Source: a bacterium (GTDB lineage: Bacteria > Oederibacteriota > PGYV01 > Palsa-1178). From it: a DNA stretch of 64,000 nt. Under the pieces are notes generated by a model. It saw nothing but the letters and a program-made list of their open reading frames with translations, ran no database searches and had not been told where the DNA came from. The first letter of the stretch is position 1; each line of letters starts with the position of its first letter. Shown in pieces: positions 44,368 to 54,175 of the stretch. Both the position numbers and the translations under genes were made by a program. The stretch is taken from assembly GCA_037138355.1 (NCBI GenBank), contig JBAXIL010000001.1, positions 27,039-91,038 on the forward strand, read 5' to 3'.

Positions 44368-46482
44368 GTGAAAAAACAAATCAGCTTAGACGGAAACTGG
44401 CAATTCACTCACAATGGAAAACAATCGGAAATAAAAGTACCTTCAAATTGGTATTTGCAGGGACAAGATATATCAGGAGTTGCAGATTACAGTAGAACTT
44501 TTACTTTCAAAAAACAAGCTAATAAGAAGTATTTTGTCGTTTTTAAAGGAGTTGATTATTTTTGCGAAGTAAAGCTAAATGGAAAATTAGTAGGAAAACA
44601 TGAAGGCTATTTTCAAAAGTTCAGGTTTGAGATTACTGGAGTTTTAAAAAATGGAAATAATAGTATAGAAGTGTTGGTTAATTCTCCGTTAGAAAGTAAA
44701 GCGATATGGCCAAATGCAAAGTATTTAATTAAAGGAATTTTTAACCATCATGATGCACGACCTGGTTCGTGGAGTAAAAGTCGCGGACAAGAAATGAACA
44801 CTGGTGGTATATGGAATGATGTCTTTGTGGAAGTCGTTGACGCGGTGGAAATTGAAAGAGTGAAGATAACACCTTTGCTTAAAGATGATGGCGTGTGGAA
44901 TGTGGGAGCAGAGCTTATTATAAATAATTATACAGAAAAAATAATAGCTTCAGAATTAAGCGGAGTGATTGAGCCTTATAATTTTAAAGGTAAGTCCAAA
45001 AATCTTAAAAGAAATATTACGCTATATCCAGGTAAAAATATAGTTATGTTACATACAGATGTAAAGAATCCAGCATTGTGGTGGACATGGGATTTTGGAA
45101 AACCTAATCTCTATAAATTTATTTATGTGATTAAAGCTGGTACAGCGATAGATAAGTATTCTGATATAAGTGGTATCAGGGAGTTTAAAAAAGCAGAGGA
45201 TAGAGCTTGGTATTTAAATGGCAAGAAGCTATTTATTAGAGGCACAAACATTATTCCAACTCAAATGCTTTCTGAATATACTCAAGAAAAGGCAAAAAAA
45301 GACATAGACATGCTTGTTAATGCTAATTTGAATATGGTTAGAATACATGCTCATGTTAATCGTAAGGAGCTATATTATGAAGCAGATAAAGCAGGCATTA
45401 TGGTATGGCAGGATTTTGCGCTGCAATGGGGATATGAAACTACTGATACCTTTATGGAAAATGCAGTGTCGCAGATAAAAGATATGATAAATCAGCATTA
45501 TAATCGTCCTTCAATTACTTTTTGGTGTTGTCATAACGAGCCTTTTGTAAGTGAAAAGCAACTTGATCCAGTTTTATATATTAAAGCAAGAGAAGAGGAT
45601 TCAGTGCGTTATATTGAAAAAGCATCAGATTTCAATCAACATTATTATCCAGGATGGTATTACGATAATACACCAGAGAATTTTTATTTAGATACAGTTA
45701 ATGCTGAAAAAAGATTTATTATTTCTGAATATGGAGCTGAAGCACTACCATGTAATGAAACTATGCAAAAAATGATGAAACCTGCTGATTTATGGCCACC
45801 GAACTGGAAAGAGTGGGAGTATCATGATTTTCAACCAGAGCAAACTTTTAATACTGCAAGAATACAAATGGGAGATTCATTGGAAGAGTTCATTGAAAAC
45901 TCACAGCAGTATCAGGCAGATATTATTAAAACCCATACTGAAACATACAGGCTTGGCAGATACAAATTTTTAAACGGCATATTGCATTTTATGTTCTGCG
46001 AATGCTGGCCGTCTATCACTTGGGCTGTTGTTGATTATTATAGATTGCCGAAGAAAGGATATTTTGCACTTAAGACAGCTATGCAACCTGTATATCCTGG
46101 CTACCGCCTCGTGCGAAACACTAAGTCAAAAGGAGAGCGCTTGAGTTGGGGAGTTCTATGGGATCCATTTTTCATTATTAATGATTTACCAAAGGATTTG
46201 CATGATATTAAAGTTGAGATAATATTAACAGATGCGGCTGGCACAATGTATAAAAAAGAATCAAGAAAAATAGAGACTATAAAAGCGGATTCAATTACAT
46301 ATCCTTTTTCAGGGCCACAACTTGAAGCTTTTGAAAAAGATCCATTTGAAATTCCTAAAAACGCTGCACTTGGTTGGGGTAAGATTTCGCTGAAACTTTA
46401 TGATGCTAAAGGAAAAGTTATGGCAGAAAACGATTATAAGCTTGAACTTACGGATCGCTTAAGTCAGCCGTTTGGAGAGTAA
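44368..46482 (+). CDS. Glycoside hydrolase family 2, beta-mannosidase-like, cytoplasmic
   Basis: FKGVDY, GGIWNDV, PALWW, LNGKKLFIRGTN, NMVRIH, GIMVWQDF, WCCHNEP (acid/base), ISEYGAEA (nucleophile); no signal peptide. Confidence 0.9.
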   Translation: MKKQISLDGNWQFTHNGKQSEIKVPSNWYLQGQDISGVADYSRTFTFKKQANKKYFVVFKGVDYFCEVKLNGKLVGKHEGYFQKFRFEITGVLKNGNNSIEVLVNSPLESKAIWPNAKYLIKGIFNHHDARPGSWSKSRGQEMNTGGIWNDVFVEVVDAVEIERVKITPLLKDDGVWNVGAELIINNYTEKIIASELSGVIEPYNFKGKSKNLKRNITLYPGKNIVMLHTDVKNPALWWTWDFGKPNLYKFIYVIKAGTAIDKYSDISGIREFKKAEDRAWYLNGKKLFIRGTNIIPTQMLSEYTQEKAKKDIDMLVNANLNMVRIHAHVNRKELYYEADKAGIMVWQDFALQWGYETTDTFMENAVSQIKDMINQHYNRPSITFWCCHNEPFVSEKQLDPVLYIKAREEDSVRYIEKASDFNQHYYPGWYYDNTPENFYLDTVNAEKRFIISEYGAEALPCNETMQKMMKPADLWPPNWKEWEYHDFQPEQTFNTARIQMGDSLEEFIENSQQYQADIIKTHTETYRLGRYKFLNGILHFMFCECWPSITWAVVDYYRLPKKGYFALKTAMQPVYPGYRLVRNTKSKGERLSWGVLWDPFFIINDLPKDLHDIKVEIILTDAAGTMYKKESRKIETIKADSITYPFSGPQLEAFEKDPFEIPKNAALGWGKISLKLYDAKGKVMAENDYKLELTDRLSQPFGE

Positions 46483-46513
46483 GTAGGTTTTGTTTTAAAA
46501 ATGGAGGAATAGC

Positions 46514-47746
46514 ATGAAACAAAACGCAACACCTTTAACTGACGAAACAAAGCGTGCGTTTCAATTAATAATATTTTTTGGTCTTATCAGTCTTTTTGGC
46601 GATATAGTTTATGAAGGGGCAAGAGCTGTAAACGGACCTTATTTAAAAACGCTTGCTGCAAATGCTGCTATGGTAGGTTTGATTGCTGGGTTTGGTGAGT
46701 TTGCAGGTTATGCGTTAAGACTTTTATCAGGATATTATGCAGATAAAACAAAAGCATATTGGGCATTTACATTTGTTGGATATGGATTAATTATTGCTAT
46801 ACCATTATTATCATTAACTGGCATATGGCAAATGGCTGCTGTTTTTATGGTTTTAGAGAGAATAGGCAAAGGCATTAGGGCTCCTGCTAAGGATTCAATA
46901 GTTTCAAGTGCAGCTAAAAGAGTTGGAACTGGAAAGGGTTTTGCAATACAGGAAGTTATGGATCAGTTTGGTGCTTTGCTTGGTCCTTTGATTTTTGCTG
47001 GTTACTTTGCTTTGACAGGTGGCGAAATTAAGGTAGCAAAAGATTATCAGCATGCTTATGGTCTTTTTTGGATTCCGTTTTTGCTCGTTATGATTTTTGC
47101 AGTTATTGCTTATATGAAAGTCCCTGATCCTTCAAAACTTGAACCTCCCAAGAAAATTACAGATCCTGATAAAATTACCAAATTATTTTGGATTTACACT
47201 ATATTTTCATTTATAACTGCATTTGGTTTTATGAACTTTGCCATTATAGGTTTTCATTTTAAGTCACAAAATGTTCTAAGTGATGTCTCAATCCCAATAT
47301 ATTATGCAATTGCTATGGCTGTAGATGGCGTTGCCGCATATATTATGGGGATGTGGTACGATAAACTCAAAGAAAAATTTAATCATCATGGAGGAGGACT
47401 TGCGACCTTGATTGTACTTCCTATATTATCAGCACTTATTCCGTTTTTTGCTTTTACAAAGAGTCCTGTTCTTGCACTTGTATCTGCGATTTTATGGGGT
47501 ATTGTAATGGGTGGTCATGAGACTATAATGAAAGCTGCTATTGCGGATATTACACCATTGAAAAAAAGAGGGACTGGATATGGTATATTCAATTTTTCTT
47601 ATGGTTTAGCCATGCTCGGAGGTGCATATCTTACGGGCCTTCTGTATGATATATCAATACCAGTTTTATGTTGGTCGGCTGTGTTTGTGCAGATAATTGC
47701 TATTGTAGTATTTTTTATATTAAAAAAAGAAATAAGGACAACATAA
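46514..47746 (+). CDS. MFS transporter (12 TM)
   Basis: DIVYEGAR, SGYYADKT, ERIGKGIRAPAKD, RGTGYGIFN. Confidence 0.9.
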   Translation: MKQNATPLTDETKRAFQLIIFFGLISLFGDIVYEGARAVNGPYLKTLAANAAMVGLIAGFGEFAGYALRLLSGYYADKTKAYWAFTFVGYGLIIAIPLLSLTGIWQMAAVFMVLERIGKGIRAPAKDSIVSSAAKRVGTGKGFAIQEVMDQFGALLGPLIFAGYFALTGGEIKVAKDYQHAYGLFWIPFLLVMIFAVIAYMKVPDPSKLEPPKKITDPDKITKLFWIYTIFSFITAFGFMNFAIIGFHFKSQNVLSDVSIPIYYAIAMAVDGVAAYIMGMWYDKLKEKFNHHGGGLATLIVLPILSALIPFFAFTKSPVLALVSAILWGIVMGGHETIMKAAIADITPLKKRGTGYGIFNFSYGLAMLGGAYLTGLLYDISIPVLCWSAVFVQIIAIVVFFILKKEIRTT

Positions 47747-47749
47747 AAC

Positions 47750-49024
47750 ATGTCAAATATACAAATGCAAAAAAAAATGAAAGATGGTTTTGATGAAAAA
47801 ACCTTCAAGCTTGTTAAAGACATAGGTGCCTTGGCTGATAAATATAGTTTTAGGGCATATATTGTAGGTGGTATGGTTAGGGATATATTTTTAAATAGAA
47901 AGACAGTGGATGTAGATGTGGTGGTTTTAGGTAATGGAATGAAATTTGCAAAAATAATTGCAGATGAATTAAAAGGGGCATACAAAGAGTTTGAAAAGTT
48001 TAAAACTGCAAAGATCTTTTTTAAAAATAATTGGGTAGATATCTCAAGTGCCAGGGCAGAAACTTACGAAAAATCTGGGGCGCTTCCGACGGTTAGTTTA
48101 AGTTCATTGAAAGAGGATTTGTATCGCAGAGATTTTACTATAAACTCTATGGCTATTTCCATAAACAAAGATAATTTCGGAGAACTTTTTGACTATTTTT
48201 GTGGAACTTTGGATATGAATAATAAGATATTAAGGACTATGCACGACAAAAGTTTCATCGATGATCCTACAAGAATACTTAGAGCTATTCGTTTTGAAAC
48301 CAGATTTGGTTTTAAAATAGAAAAACGAACATTGGATTTACTACAAAATAGCCTGAGACATAATATTTTTAACAATTTATCAGGAGAGAGGCTTAGGGAA
48401 GAGCTATTTAGAATATTTGATGAACCATCTCCGCTTAAAGCTATTAAGCGTTTGAAAATATTAGGAGTGTTAACAAAAATAAATCCTAATATACAAGTTG
48501 ATTTGCCGTCTTTTAAGCTGTTTTCGATAATTGCTTCGTCACGCAAATTAATTATAGGTTACAAGGCACAGCTTAGAAATCTATATCTAATGGCATTGTT
48601 GGAAAATATGCAAATAAACGAAGTCGAAAAAATTACTAAAATGTTAAAACTAAGTAATGAACAGAAAGTTGCAATTACTCATTCGATTGAATTGCAACAA
48701 TTACCTAAGAGAGGTCTTTCTGATATTAGTCAAAGTGATAGCGGGCTATATTTTCTGTTGCAAAAATATAATACAGAAGCAATTATATACTTCATGCTTA
48801 TGCAGAACAACAAGAAACAAACATTAGGAATTAAACGTTTTATTGATAAATTGCAGTATGTAAAGATTCAAGTTGGCGGTGCGGATTTAAAGGATTTCGG
48901 TTTAAAACAAGGTCCTGAATATAAACATATATTAGATTTGGTTTTAAAGGCAAAGCTTGATGGGGAAGTTGACAATAGGGAAGAACAATTGCGTTTGATC
49001 AAGAGAATATTAAAAGGTCAATAA
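47750..49024 (+). CDS. Class II tRNA nucleotidyltransferase (CCA- or A-adding)
   Basis: YIVGGMVRDIFL, DVDVV, ARAETYEKSGALPTV, EDLYRRDFTINSMA, SFIDDPTRILRAIRF. Confidence 0.92.
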   Translation: MSNIQMQKKMKDGFDEKTFKLVKDIGALADKYSFRAYIVGGMVRDIFLNRKTVDVDVVVLGNGMKFAKIIADELKGAYKEFEKFKTAKIFFKNNWVDISSARAETYEKSGALPTVSLSSLKEDLYRRDFTINSMAISINKDNFGELFDYFCGTLDMNNKILRTMHDKSFIDDPTRILRAIRFETRFGFKIEKRTLDLLQNSLRHNIFNNLSGERLREELFRIFDEPSPLKAIKRLKILGVLTKINPNIQVDLPSFKLFSIIASSRKLIIGYKAQLRNLYLMALLENMQINEVEKITKMLKLSNEQKVAITHSIELQQLPKRGLSDISQSDSGLYFLLQKYNTEAIIYFMLMQNNKKQTLGIKRFIDKLQYVKIQVGGADLKDFGLKQGPEYKHILDLVLKAKLDGEVDNREEQLRLIKRILKGQ

Positions 49025-49183
49025 TGCTTTAGCCTTGGTGTTTTTTGATATGTCTTTTGTTTATTCGCCCATGTTTACCTATGAATAGCTGATTTTATAG
49101 AGTTTTAATTATCATTTATTATAAAAGTACTGTTTCCCAAGCCGAAACGCAAACTATCAAAAACCCTGACAACATAAAAATGC

Positions 49184-49212
49184 TTGACAAATAACACTAA
49201 TTATTATATTCT
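49184..49212 (+). promoter_or_regulatory. sigma70 promoter of rplM-rpsI
   Basis: TTGACA 49184-49189, 17 bp, TATTCT 49207-49212. Confidence 0.72.
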
Positions 49213-49286
49213 TCTTTATCCTATTGTCAGTTAAAGGCATAAGGAATTTTGTTTTTTCAATAGCTTATAGGAGGACTTTAAGAATT

Positions 49287-49733
49287 ATGAAGACATTTAT
49301 GGCAAGACCGCAGGATGTAGTAAGAAAATGGTATATTGTTGATGCTGAAAACGAGATACTTGGAAGATTGGCAACAAGAATAGCTGATACATTAAGAGGA
49401 AAAAAGAAAGTTACTTTTACTCCGCATGTAGACACAGGCGATTTCGTTATCGTTATTAATGCAGAAAAAGTAAGACTTACCGGTAAAAAATCCGATAAAA
49501 AAGTATATCAGTCACACAGTTTATATCCGGGTGGTTTTAAAGAAGAAGAATACAAACATATTTTAGCTACACATCCAGAAAAAATTCTCAAAGCTGCTGT
49601 ACGCGGTATGCTTCCAAAAACAAAGCTTGGCGATCAGGTATTTAAAAAATTCAGAGTATATAAAGGTACAAAGCACCCGCATACTTCTGTGGTTCTTGAA
49701 CCATTAAAGGCAAATTTCCAAGGAGGAAAGTAA
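49287..49733 (+). CDS. rplM: 50S ribosomal protein L13
   Basis: MKTFMA, RKWYIVDA, LGRLAT, FTPHVDTGDFVIVINAEKV, AVRGMLPK. Confidence 0.98.
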   Translation: MKTFMARPQDVVRKWYIVDAENEILGRLATRIADTLRGKKKVTFTPHVDTGDFVIVINAEKVRLTGKKSDKKVYQSHSLYPGGFKEEEYKHILATHPEKILKAAVRGMLPKTKLGDQVFKKFRVYKGTKHPHTSVVLEPLKANFQGGK

Positions 49734-49734
49734 A

Positions 49735-50121
49735 TTGAGCACAAGTTACGGTACAGGTAGAAGAAAAAACGCCATAGCAAAAGTATGGGTAAAAACAGGA
49801 ACTGGAAAAATAATTGTAAATAATAAAGATGTAAAAGAATATTTCCCAAGAGGTACACATGTGGACCACTTGGTAGCACCGCTTGAAGCAGCAGGAGTTA
49901 CAGGAAAGTTTGATGTGAAGGTAACAGCATTAGGTGGCGGTAAGACAGGACAATCAGGTGCTATAAGAATGGGTATTGCAAGGGCTTTGGGTAAACTTGA
50001 TGAAACAATGAAAGTTACTTTGGCTAAGGGCGGCTTTATGACGAGAGATGATAGAATGGTAGAAAGAAAAAAATACGGAAGAGCAAAGGCAAGAAGAAGC
50101 TATCAGTTCTCGAAAAGATAA
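49735..50121 (+). CDS. rpsI: 30S ribosomal protein S9
   Basis: YGTGRRK, GGGKTGQSGAIR, TRDDRMVERKKYG, QFSKR; TTG start after GGAGG. Confidence 0.98.
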   Translation: MSTSYGTGRRKNAIAKVWVKTGTGKIIVNNKDVKEYFPRGTHVDHLVAPLEAAGVTGKFDVKVTALGGGKTGQSGAIRMGIARALGKLDETMKVTLAKGGFMTRDDRMVERKKYGRAKARRSYQFSKR

Positions 50122-50142
50122 TTATTTATTTACATATATATA

Positions 50143-50168
50143 CAAAGGCCGGGTTATCCCGGCCTTTG
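50143..50168 (+). terminator. Terminator hairpin after rpsI
   Basis: CAAAGGCCGGG-TTAT-CCCGGCCTTTG. Confidence 0.8.
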
Positions 50169-50289
50169 CTATTTATATAGGAAATAATATTGTATGTAGT
50201 GTCTTGAATTTTAGTATATAATGACAAAATACAAGCAGTTCTATTTTGGTTTAATGAATATGATTATTTAAATATTATAGGAGTTATTT

Positions 50290-53200
50290 ATGGCTAAACA
50301 ACAAAAACAAAAGTTCCCATATCAGGACACAAAGCTTTCTTTTGAAGAACGCGTTAATGACCTTGTGTCCAGAATGACTTCTGAAGAAAAAGTATCTCAA
50401 ATGCTACATAATTCACCTGAAATAAAACGACTTGGAATAATGAAGTATGATTGGTGGAACGAATGTCTTCATGGTGTGGCGCGTGCTGGGATTGCTACTG
50501 TGTTTCCGCAGGCAATTGGTTTGGCTGCGACATTTAATGAGGAACTTATAAATAGCGTGGCAAATGCAATTTCTGATGAGGCTCGCGCAAAATATCATAA
50601 AGCAATTAATGAAGGGGTTAGAGAAACATATTATGGTTTGACTTTTTGGTCGCCAAATATAAATATTTTTCGTGACCCTCGTTGGGGCAGAGGGCAAGAA
50701 ACTTATGGAGAGGATCCATATCTAACTTCCCGTATTGGAGCAGCTTTTGTAAAAGGGCTGCAGGGAAATGATACAAAATATTTGAAAACAGCAGCTTGTG
50801 CAAAGCACTTTGCGGTGCATAGTGGCCCAGAAGCACTGAGACATACTTTTGATGCAATAGTAACAGAAAAAGATTTGAGGGAAACATATTTGCCTGCTTT
50901 TAAAACTCTTGTTAAAGAAGCTAAAGTGGAAGCTGTTATGGGCGCTTATAATAGAACACTTGGAGAGTCGTGTGTTGCAAGTAAGCGTTTATTGACAGAT
51001 ATACTTCGTAATGAATGGGGTTTTAATGGCCATGTCGTCTCTGATTGTGGGGCAATACAAGATATATATCAAAGTCATAAATTGACAAAAACTGCAGCCG
51101 AAGCTGCAGGATTAGCGACGATAAATGGATGTGATTTGAACTGTTGTCTTTCACAATCACAATGTTCAGAAGCGGATAAAGGGCTTAAAAAAGCAATGGA
51201 GTATTCAATACTTGATCAATCATACATAGACAGAGCTGTTAAGCGTTTGTTAATGACGCGTTTTAAGTTAGGTATGTTTGATTTGGACAAAAATGTAAAA
51301 TATTCAAAGATTCCGTATAGTGTTGTGGATTCACCAAAACACAGACAGCTCGCACTTGAAACAGCAAGGCAATCTATAGTGTTGTTGAAAAATGAAGGGG
51401 TTCTGCCTCTGAAAAATATAAAATCAATAGGTATTGTCGGTCCTAATGCGGATGATGTCGAAGCATTGCTTGGTAATTATTATGGGTCTCCTTCAAAGTG
51501 GTTGACACCCCTTGCCGGAATTAAAAAAATCGTAGGTAGTAAAGTGAAGGTTACATATATAAAAGGATGTAATATTAAAGATGTGTATTCAGATCACTTG
51601 ACTGCTTTAAAGGAAACATTTAAGAATGTGGATGTTATAACTGCTTTTCTTGGTTTAAATGCAATGGTTGAGGGTGAAGAGGGAGCAGGAGATGGTGACA
51701 GGCAAGAAATATCACTTATGCCAGCACAGACAAAAATGCTTGAAGTTTTATGTTCGTTAGGAAAACCTGTAATTGTAATTTTATTAAATGGTAGCGCGAT
51801 AGCTTTTGATATAAATCAGAATAATATTAAAGCTGTTATAGAAGCATGGTATCCTGGAGAAGAAGGCGGCACCGCAATAGCTGAAGTGCTTTTCGGTAAA
51901 TATAATCCTGCAGGTAGACTTCCTATAACATTTTACAAGTCAGTACAGGATTTACCTGATTTTAGAGATTATAGAATGGACAATAGGACTTACAGATATT
52001 ACAAAGGCGAGCCACTTTTTCCTTTTGGCTTTGGATTGTCATATACAAAGTTTGAATATACAAAGTTGAAAGTTCAGAAAAATATATCACCGGATAAGAC
52101 CTTAAAGGTGTCAGTTGAAGTCAAGAATGTTGGTACTATGGACGGGGATGAAGTAGTACAAATATATATAAAAACACCATTAAATACGGAGGCCACTCCT
52201 TTGCTTTCGCTTTGTGCAATGAAACGGTTAAGTTTAAAAAAGAAGACAAAAAAAAATATAGAGTTTATTATAGAGCCTGAACAAATTGGTGTTTATATGA
52301 GGGATGGTTCTTTTAACCAAATATCAGGAACTTATACGCTGTGTGTTGGCGGGGTTCAACCAGGTTATGAGAAAACGGCGTATAGCACAGAAGTATTAAG
52401 TAAACGCTTTAATCTAAGTAATAATAAAAAATTAAAGCAGGCTTCAACAGCAACAAAATATAGCGGATTGCAGGTTAAAGGCAGACATATATATGATTCC
52501 AATGAAGAGAAGCTTGTAATACGAGGTGTAAACAAAATGGTTGTTTGGTTGGATCCAGACGGCATACCTTCATTTTCTGAAATAGCTAAAACTGGTGCTA
52601 ATTGTGTAAGAATAGTTTGGAGTGTTAAAGACGGGACTATGGAAGGATTAGATATTGCAATACAAAATTGTGTAAAATATAAAATGATTCCTGTTATAGA
52701 ACTTCATGACCACACTGGAAATTGGGATGATTCAGTTTTTGAATTATTTAATAACTATTGGACAGACCCAAAAATGTTATCAATTATTAAAAAACACGAA
52801 AGCTATTTAATTATAAATTATGCAAATGAAATTGGAAATAATCTTGTTACTAATTTAGATTACAAGAAACGCTATAACAATGCTGTTAAAACACTAAGAA
52901 AAGCTGGAATAAGAGTCCCCCTAATGATAGATGCAGCCGCTTGGGGTACTGGCATGAATTATATTACTGATAATTGGGAATATCTGCAGAAAAATGACCC
53001 ACTTCATAATTTGATTTTTAGCATACATATGTGGTGGAACGATGGAGATTCTAAAAGGATAAAAGATGCTATATGGAACTCCGTAAAAACTGAAATACCT
53101 TTAGTGGTTGGTGAGTTTGCTGTTGCTGGCATTGATAATAAAGGCTTAATTTGTTATCAAACTATAATTGCCGAATGTCAAAAAGCTCAAATCGGATGGT

Positions 53201-53355
53201 TGGCGTGGGAGTGGGGTCCTGGAAACATGCACGGTAATCTTATGGATATGACCAAAAACAATAAATATGAAAGTTTGTGGGGCTGGTCTAAAGAAGTTTG
53301 CGTAAGTAGTCCTTATAGCATTAAAAACACATCAATAAAACTTGATATATTTTAG
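50290..53355 (+). CDS. GH3 beta-xylosidase/glucosidase fused to a C-terminal GH5 mannanase-like domain
   Basis: GH3: WWNECLHGVAR, FWSPNINIFRDPRWGRGQETYGEDP, KHFAVH, VVSDCGA, EGEE, Fn3-like GDEVVQIY. GH5: KLVIRGVN, GANCVRIV, ELHD, NYANE, FSIHMW, VVGEF, GWLAWEW. Confidence 0.9.
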   Translation: MAKQQKQKFPYQDTKLSFEERVNDLVSRMTSEEKVSQMLHNSPEIKRLGIMKYDWWNECLHGVARAGIATVFPQAIGLAATFNEELINSVANAISDEARAKYHKAINEGVRETYYGLTFWSPNINIFRDPRWGRGQETYGEDPYLTSRIGAAFVKGLQGNDTKYLKTAACAKHFAVHSGPEALRHTFDAIVTEKDLRETYLPAFKTLVKEAKVEAVMGAYNRTLGESCVASKRLLTDILRNEWGFNGHVVSDCGAIQDIYQSHKLTKTAAEAAGLATINGCDLNCCLSQSQCSEADKGLKKAMEYSILDQSYIDRAVKRLLMTRFKLGMFDLDKNVKYSKIPYSVVDSPKHRQLALETARQSIVLLKNEGVLPLKNIKSIGIVGPNADDVEALLGNYYGSPSKWLTPLAGIKKIVGSKVKVTYIKGCNIKDVYSDHLTALKETFKNVDVITAFLGLNAMVEGEEGAGDGDRQEISLMPAQTKMLEVLCSLGKPVIVILLNGSAIAFDINQNNIKAVIEAWYPGEEGGTAIAEVLFGKYNPAGRLPITFYKSVQDLPDFRDYRMDNRTYRYYKGEPLFPFGFGLSYTKFEYTKLKVQKNISPDKTLKVSVEVKNVGTMDGDEVVQIYIKTPLNTEATPLLSLCAMKRLSLKKKTKKNIEFIIEPEQIGVYMRDGSFNQISGTYTLCVGGVQPGYEKTAYSTEVLSKRFNLSNNKKLKQASTATKYSGLQVKGRHIYDSNEEKLVIRGVNKMVVWLDPDGIPSFSEIAKTGANCVRIVWSVKDGTMEGLDIAIQNCVKYKMIPVIELHDHTGNWDDSVFELFNNYWTDPKMLSIIKKHESYLIINYANEIGNNLVTNLDYKKRYNNAVKTLRKAGIRVPLMIDAAAWGTGMNYITDNWEYLQKNDPLHNLIFSIHMWWNDGDSKRIKDAIWNSVKTEIPLVVGEFAVAGIDNKGLICYQTIIAECQKAQIGWLAWEWGPGNMHGNLMDMTKNNKYESLWGWSKEVCVSSPYSIKNTSIKLDIF

Positions 53356-53363
53356 GAATAATA

Positions 53364-53654
53364 ATGAAAAAAAAGAAGAATTGGTCGGTATATATAGTAA
53401 GATGTAAAGACAATACTTTATATACTGGTATTTCGAATAATATAAGCCATAGGTTGGAAGCTCATAATAATGGCAAGGGCGCAAAGTATATAAATTCAGC
53501 AAGACGACCTGTGAAATTAATGTTTGTAGAAGAAGGTTATAATGTTAGTGGTGCTTTGAAAAGAGAATATGAAATAAAGCGTTCAGGAAAAATAGCAAAA
53601 GAAAAATTAATAAAGGTAAAAACTAAAGCTGTTAAAAAAAGGAAAAAAATATGA
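53364..53654 (+). CDS. GIY-YIG nuclease family protein (UPF0213/YazA-like)
   Basis: WSVYIVRCKDNTLYTGIS...RLEAHNNGKGAKY...ALKREYEIK. Confidence 0.92.
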   Translation: MKKKKNWSVYIVRCKDNTLYTGISNNISHRLEAHNNGKGAKYINSARRPVKLMFVEEGYNVSGALKREYEIKRSGKIAKEKLIKVKTKAVKKRKKI

Positions 53655-54016
53655 ATGATGAACAGATTTTTGAAAGAAAAAAAGAACTGTTTGAATGTGC
53701 TAAATGTGGAACATGTTGTTCTGTTCCGGGTTATGTGTTTTTAAACATTAAAGAAGCACAAATTATTGCCAAGCTATTAAGCATTAGTTATGAGACATTT
53801 TCAGAAAAATATATGCGTAAAGTAGGTCATCAACATGTATTACAGACCCCTTATGCTGGTGGTTGCACATTTTGGAAAGATAAAAAATGCACGATATATG
53901 AAGCCAGACCGTCGCAGTGCAGAACATTTCCTTACTGGAAAGAATTAACTGGAGAACATAAGGAATGGAAAGAAATAGAGAAGTTCTGTCATGGGGCAAA
54001 GCGTATTAAGTTCTGA
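53651..54016 (+). CDS. YkgJ-family cysteine-cluster protein
   Basis: FECAKCGTCC, CTFW...CTIYEARPSQCRTFPYW...C.G. Confidence 0.9.
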   Translation: MNDEQIFERKKELFECAKCGTCCSVPGYVFLNIKEAQIIAKLLSISYETFSEKYMRKVGHQHVLQTPYAGGCTFWKDKKCTIYEARPSQCRTFPYWKELTGEHKEWKEIEKFCHGAKRIKF

Positions 54017-54175
54017 GTAATAAATAATTATTTAACATTAAAATCCCCCAAAACCTAAAATTTTGCAGTGTTTTATGTGCTTTTAAAGGTTAAATTGGTA
54101 TAAAATCTGTCTATATATTTACTTCCACTTGTAGTATAATATCATAGGTTTTACTAATTTATTTAGGAGTTTAGT

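Noticed and set aside
49042..49163. Inverted repeat TTTTTGATA/TATCAAAAA and a GAAACGCAAAC segment recalling a c-di-GMP-I riboswitch
   Set aside because: The pairing is mostly A/T homopolymer, I could not build the two riboswitch stems, and it lies upstream of the rplM promoter.
53364..53654. GIY-YIG gene as a homing endonuclease or the mobiliser of the tRNA insert
   Set aside because: It is the short stand-alone UPF0213/YazA type, 13 kb from the tRNA, with no intron or flanking repeats seen.
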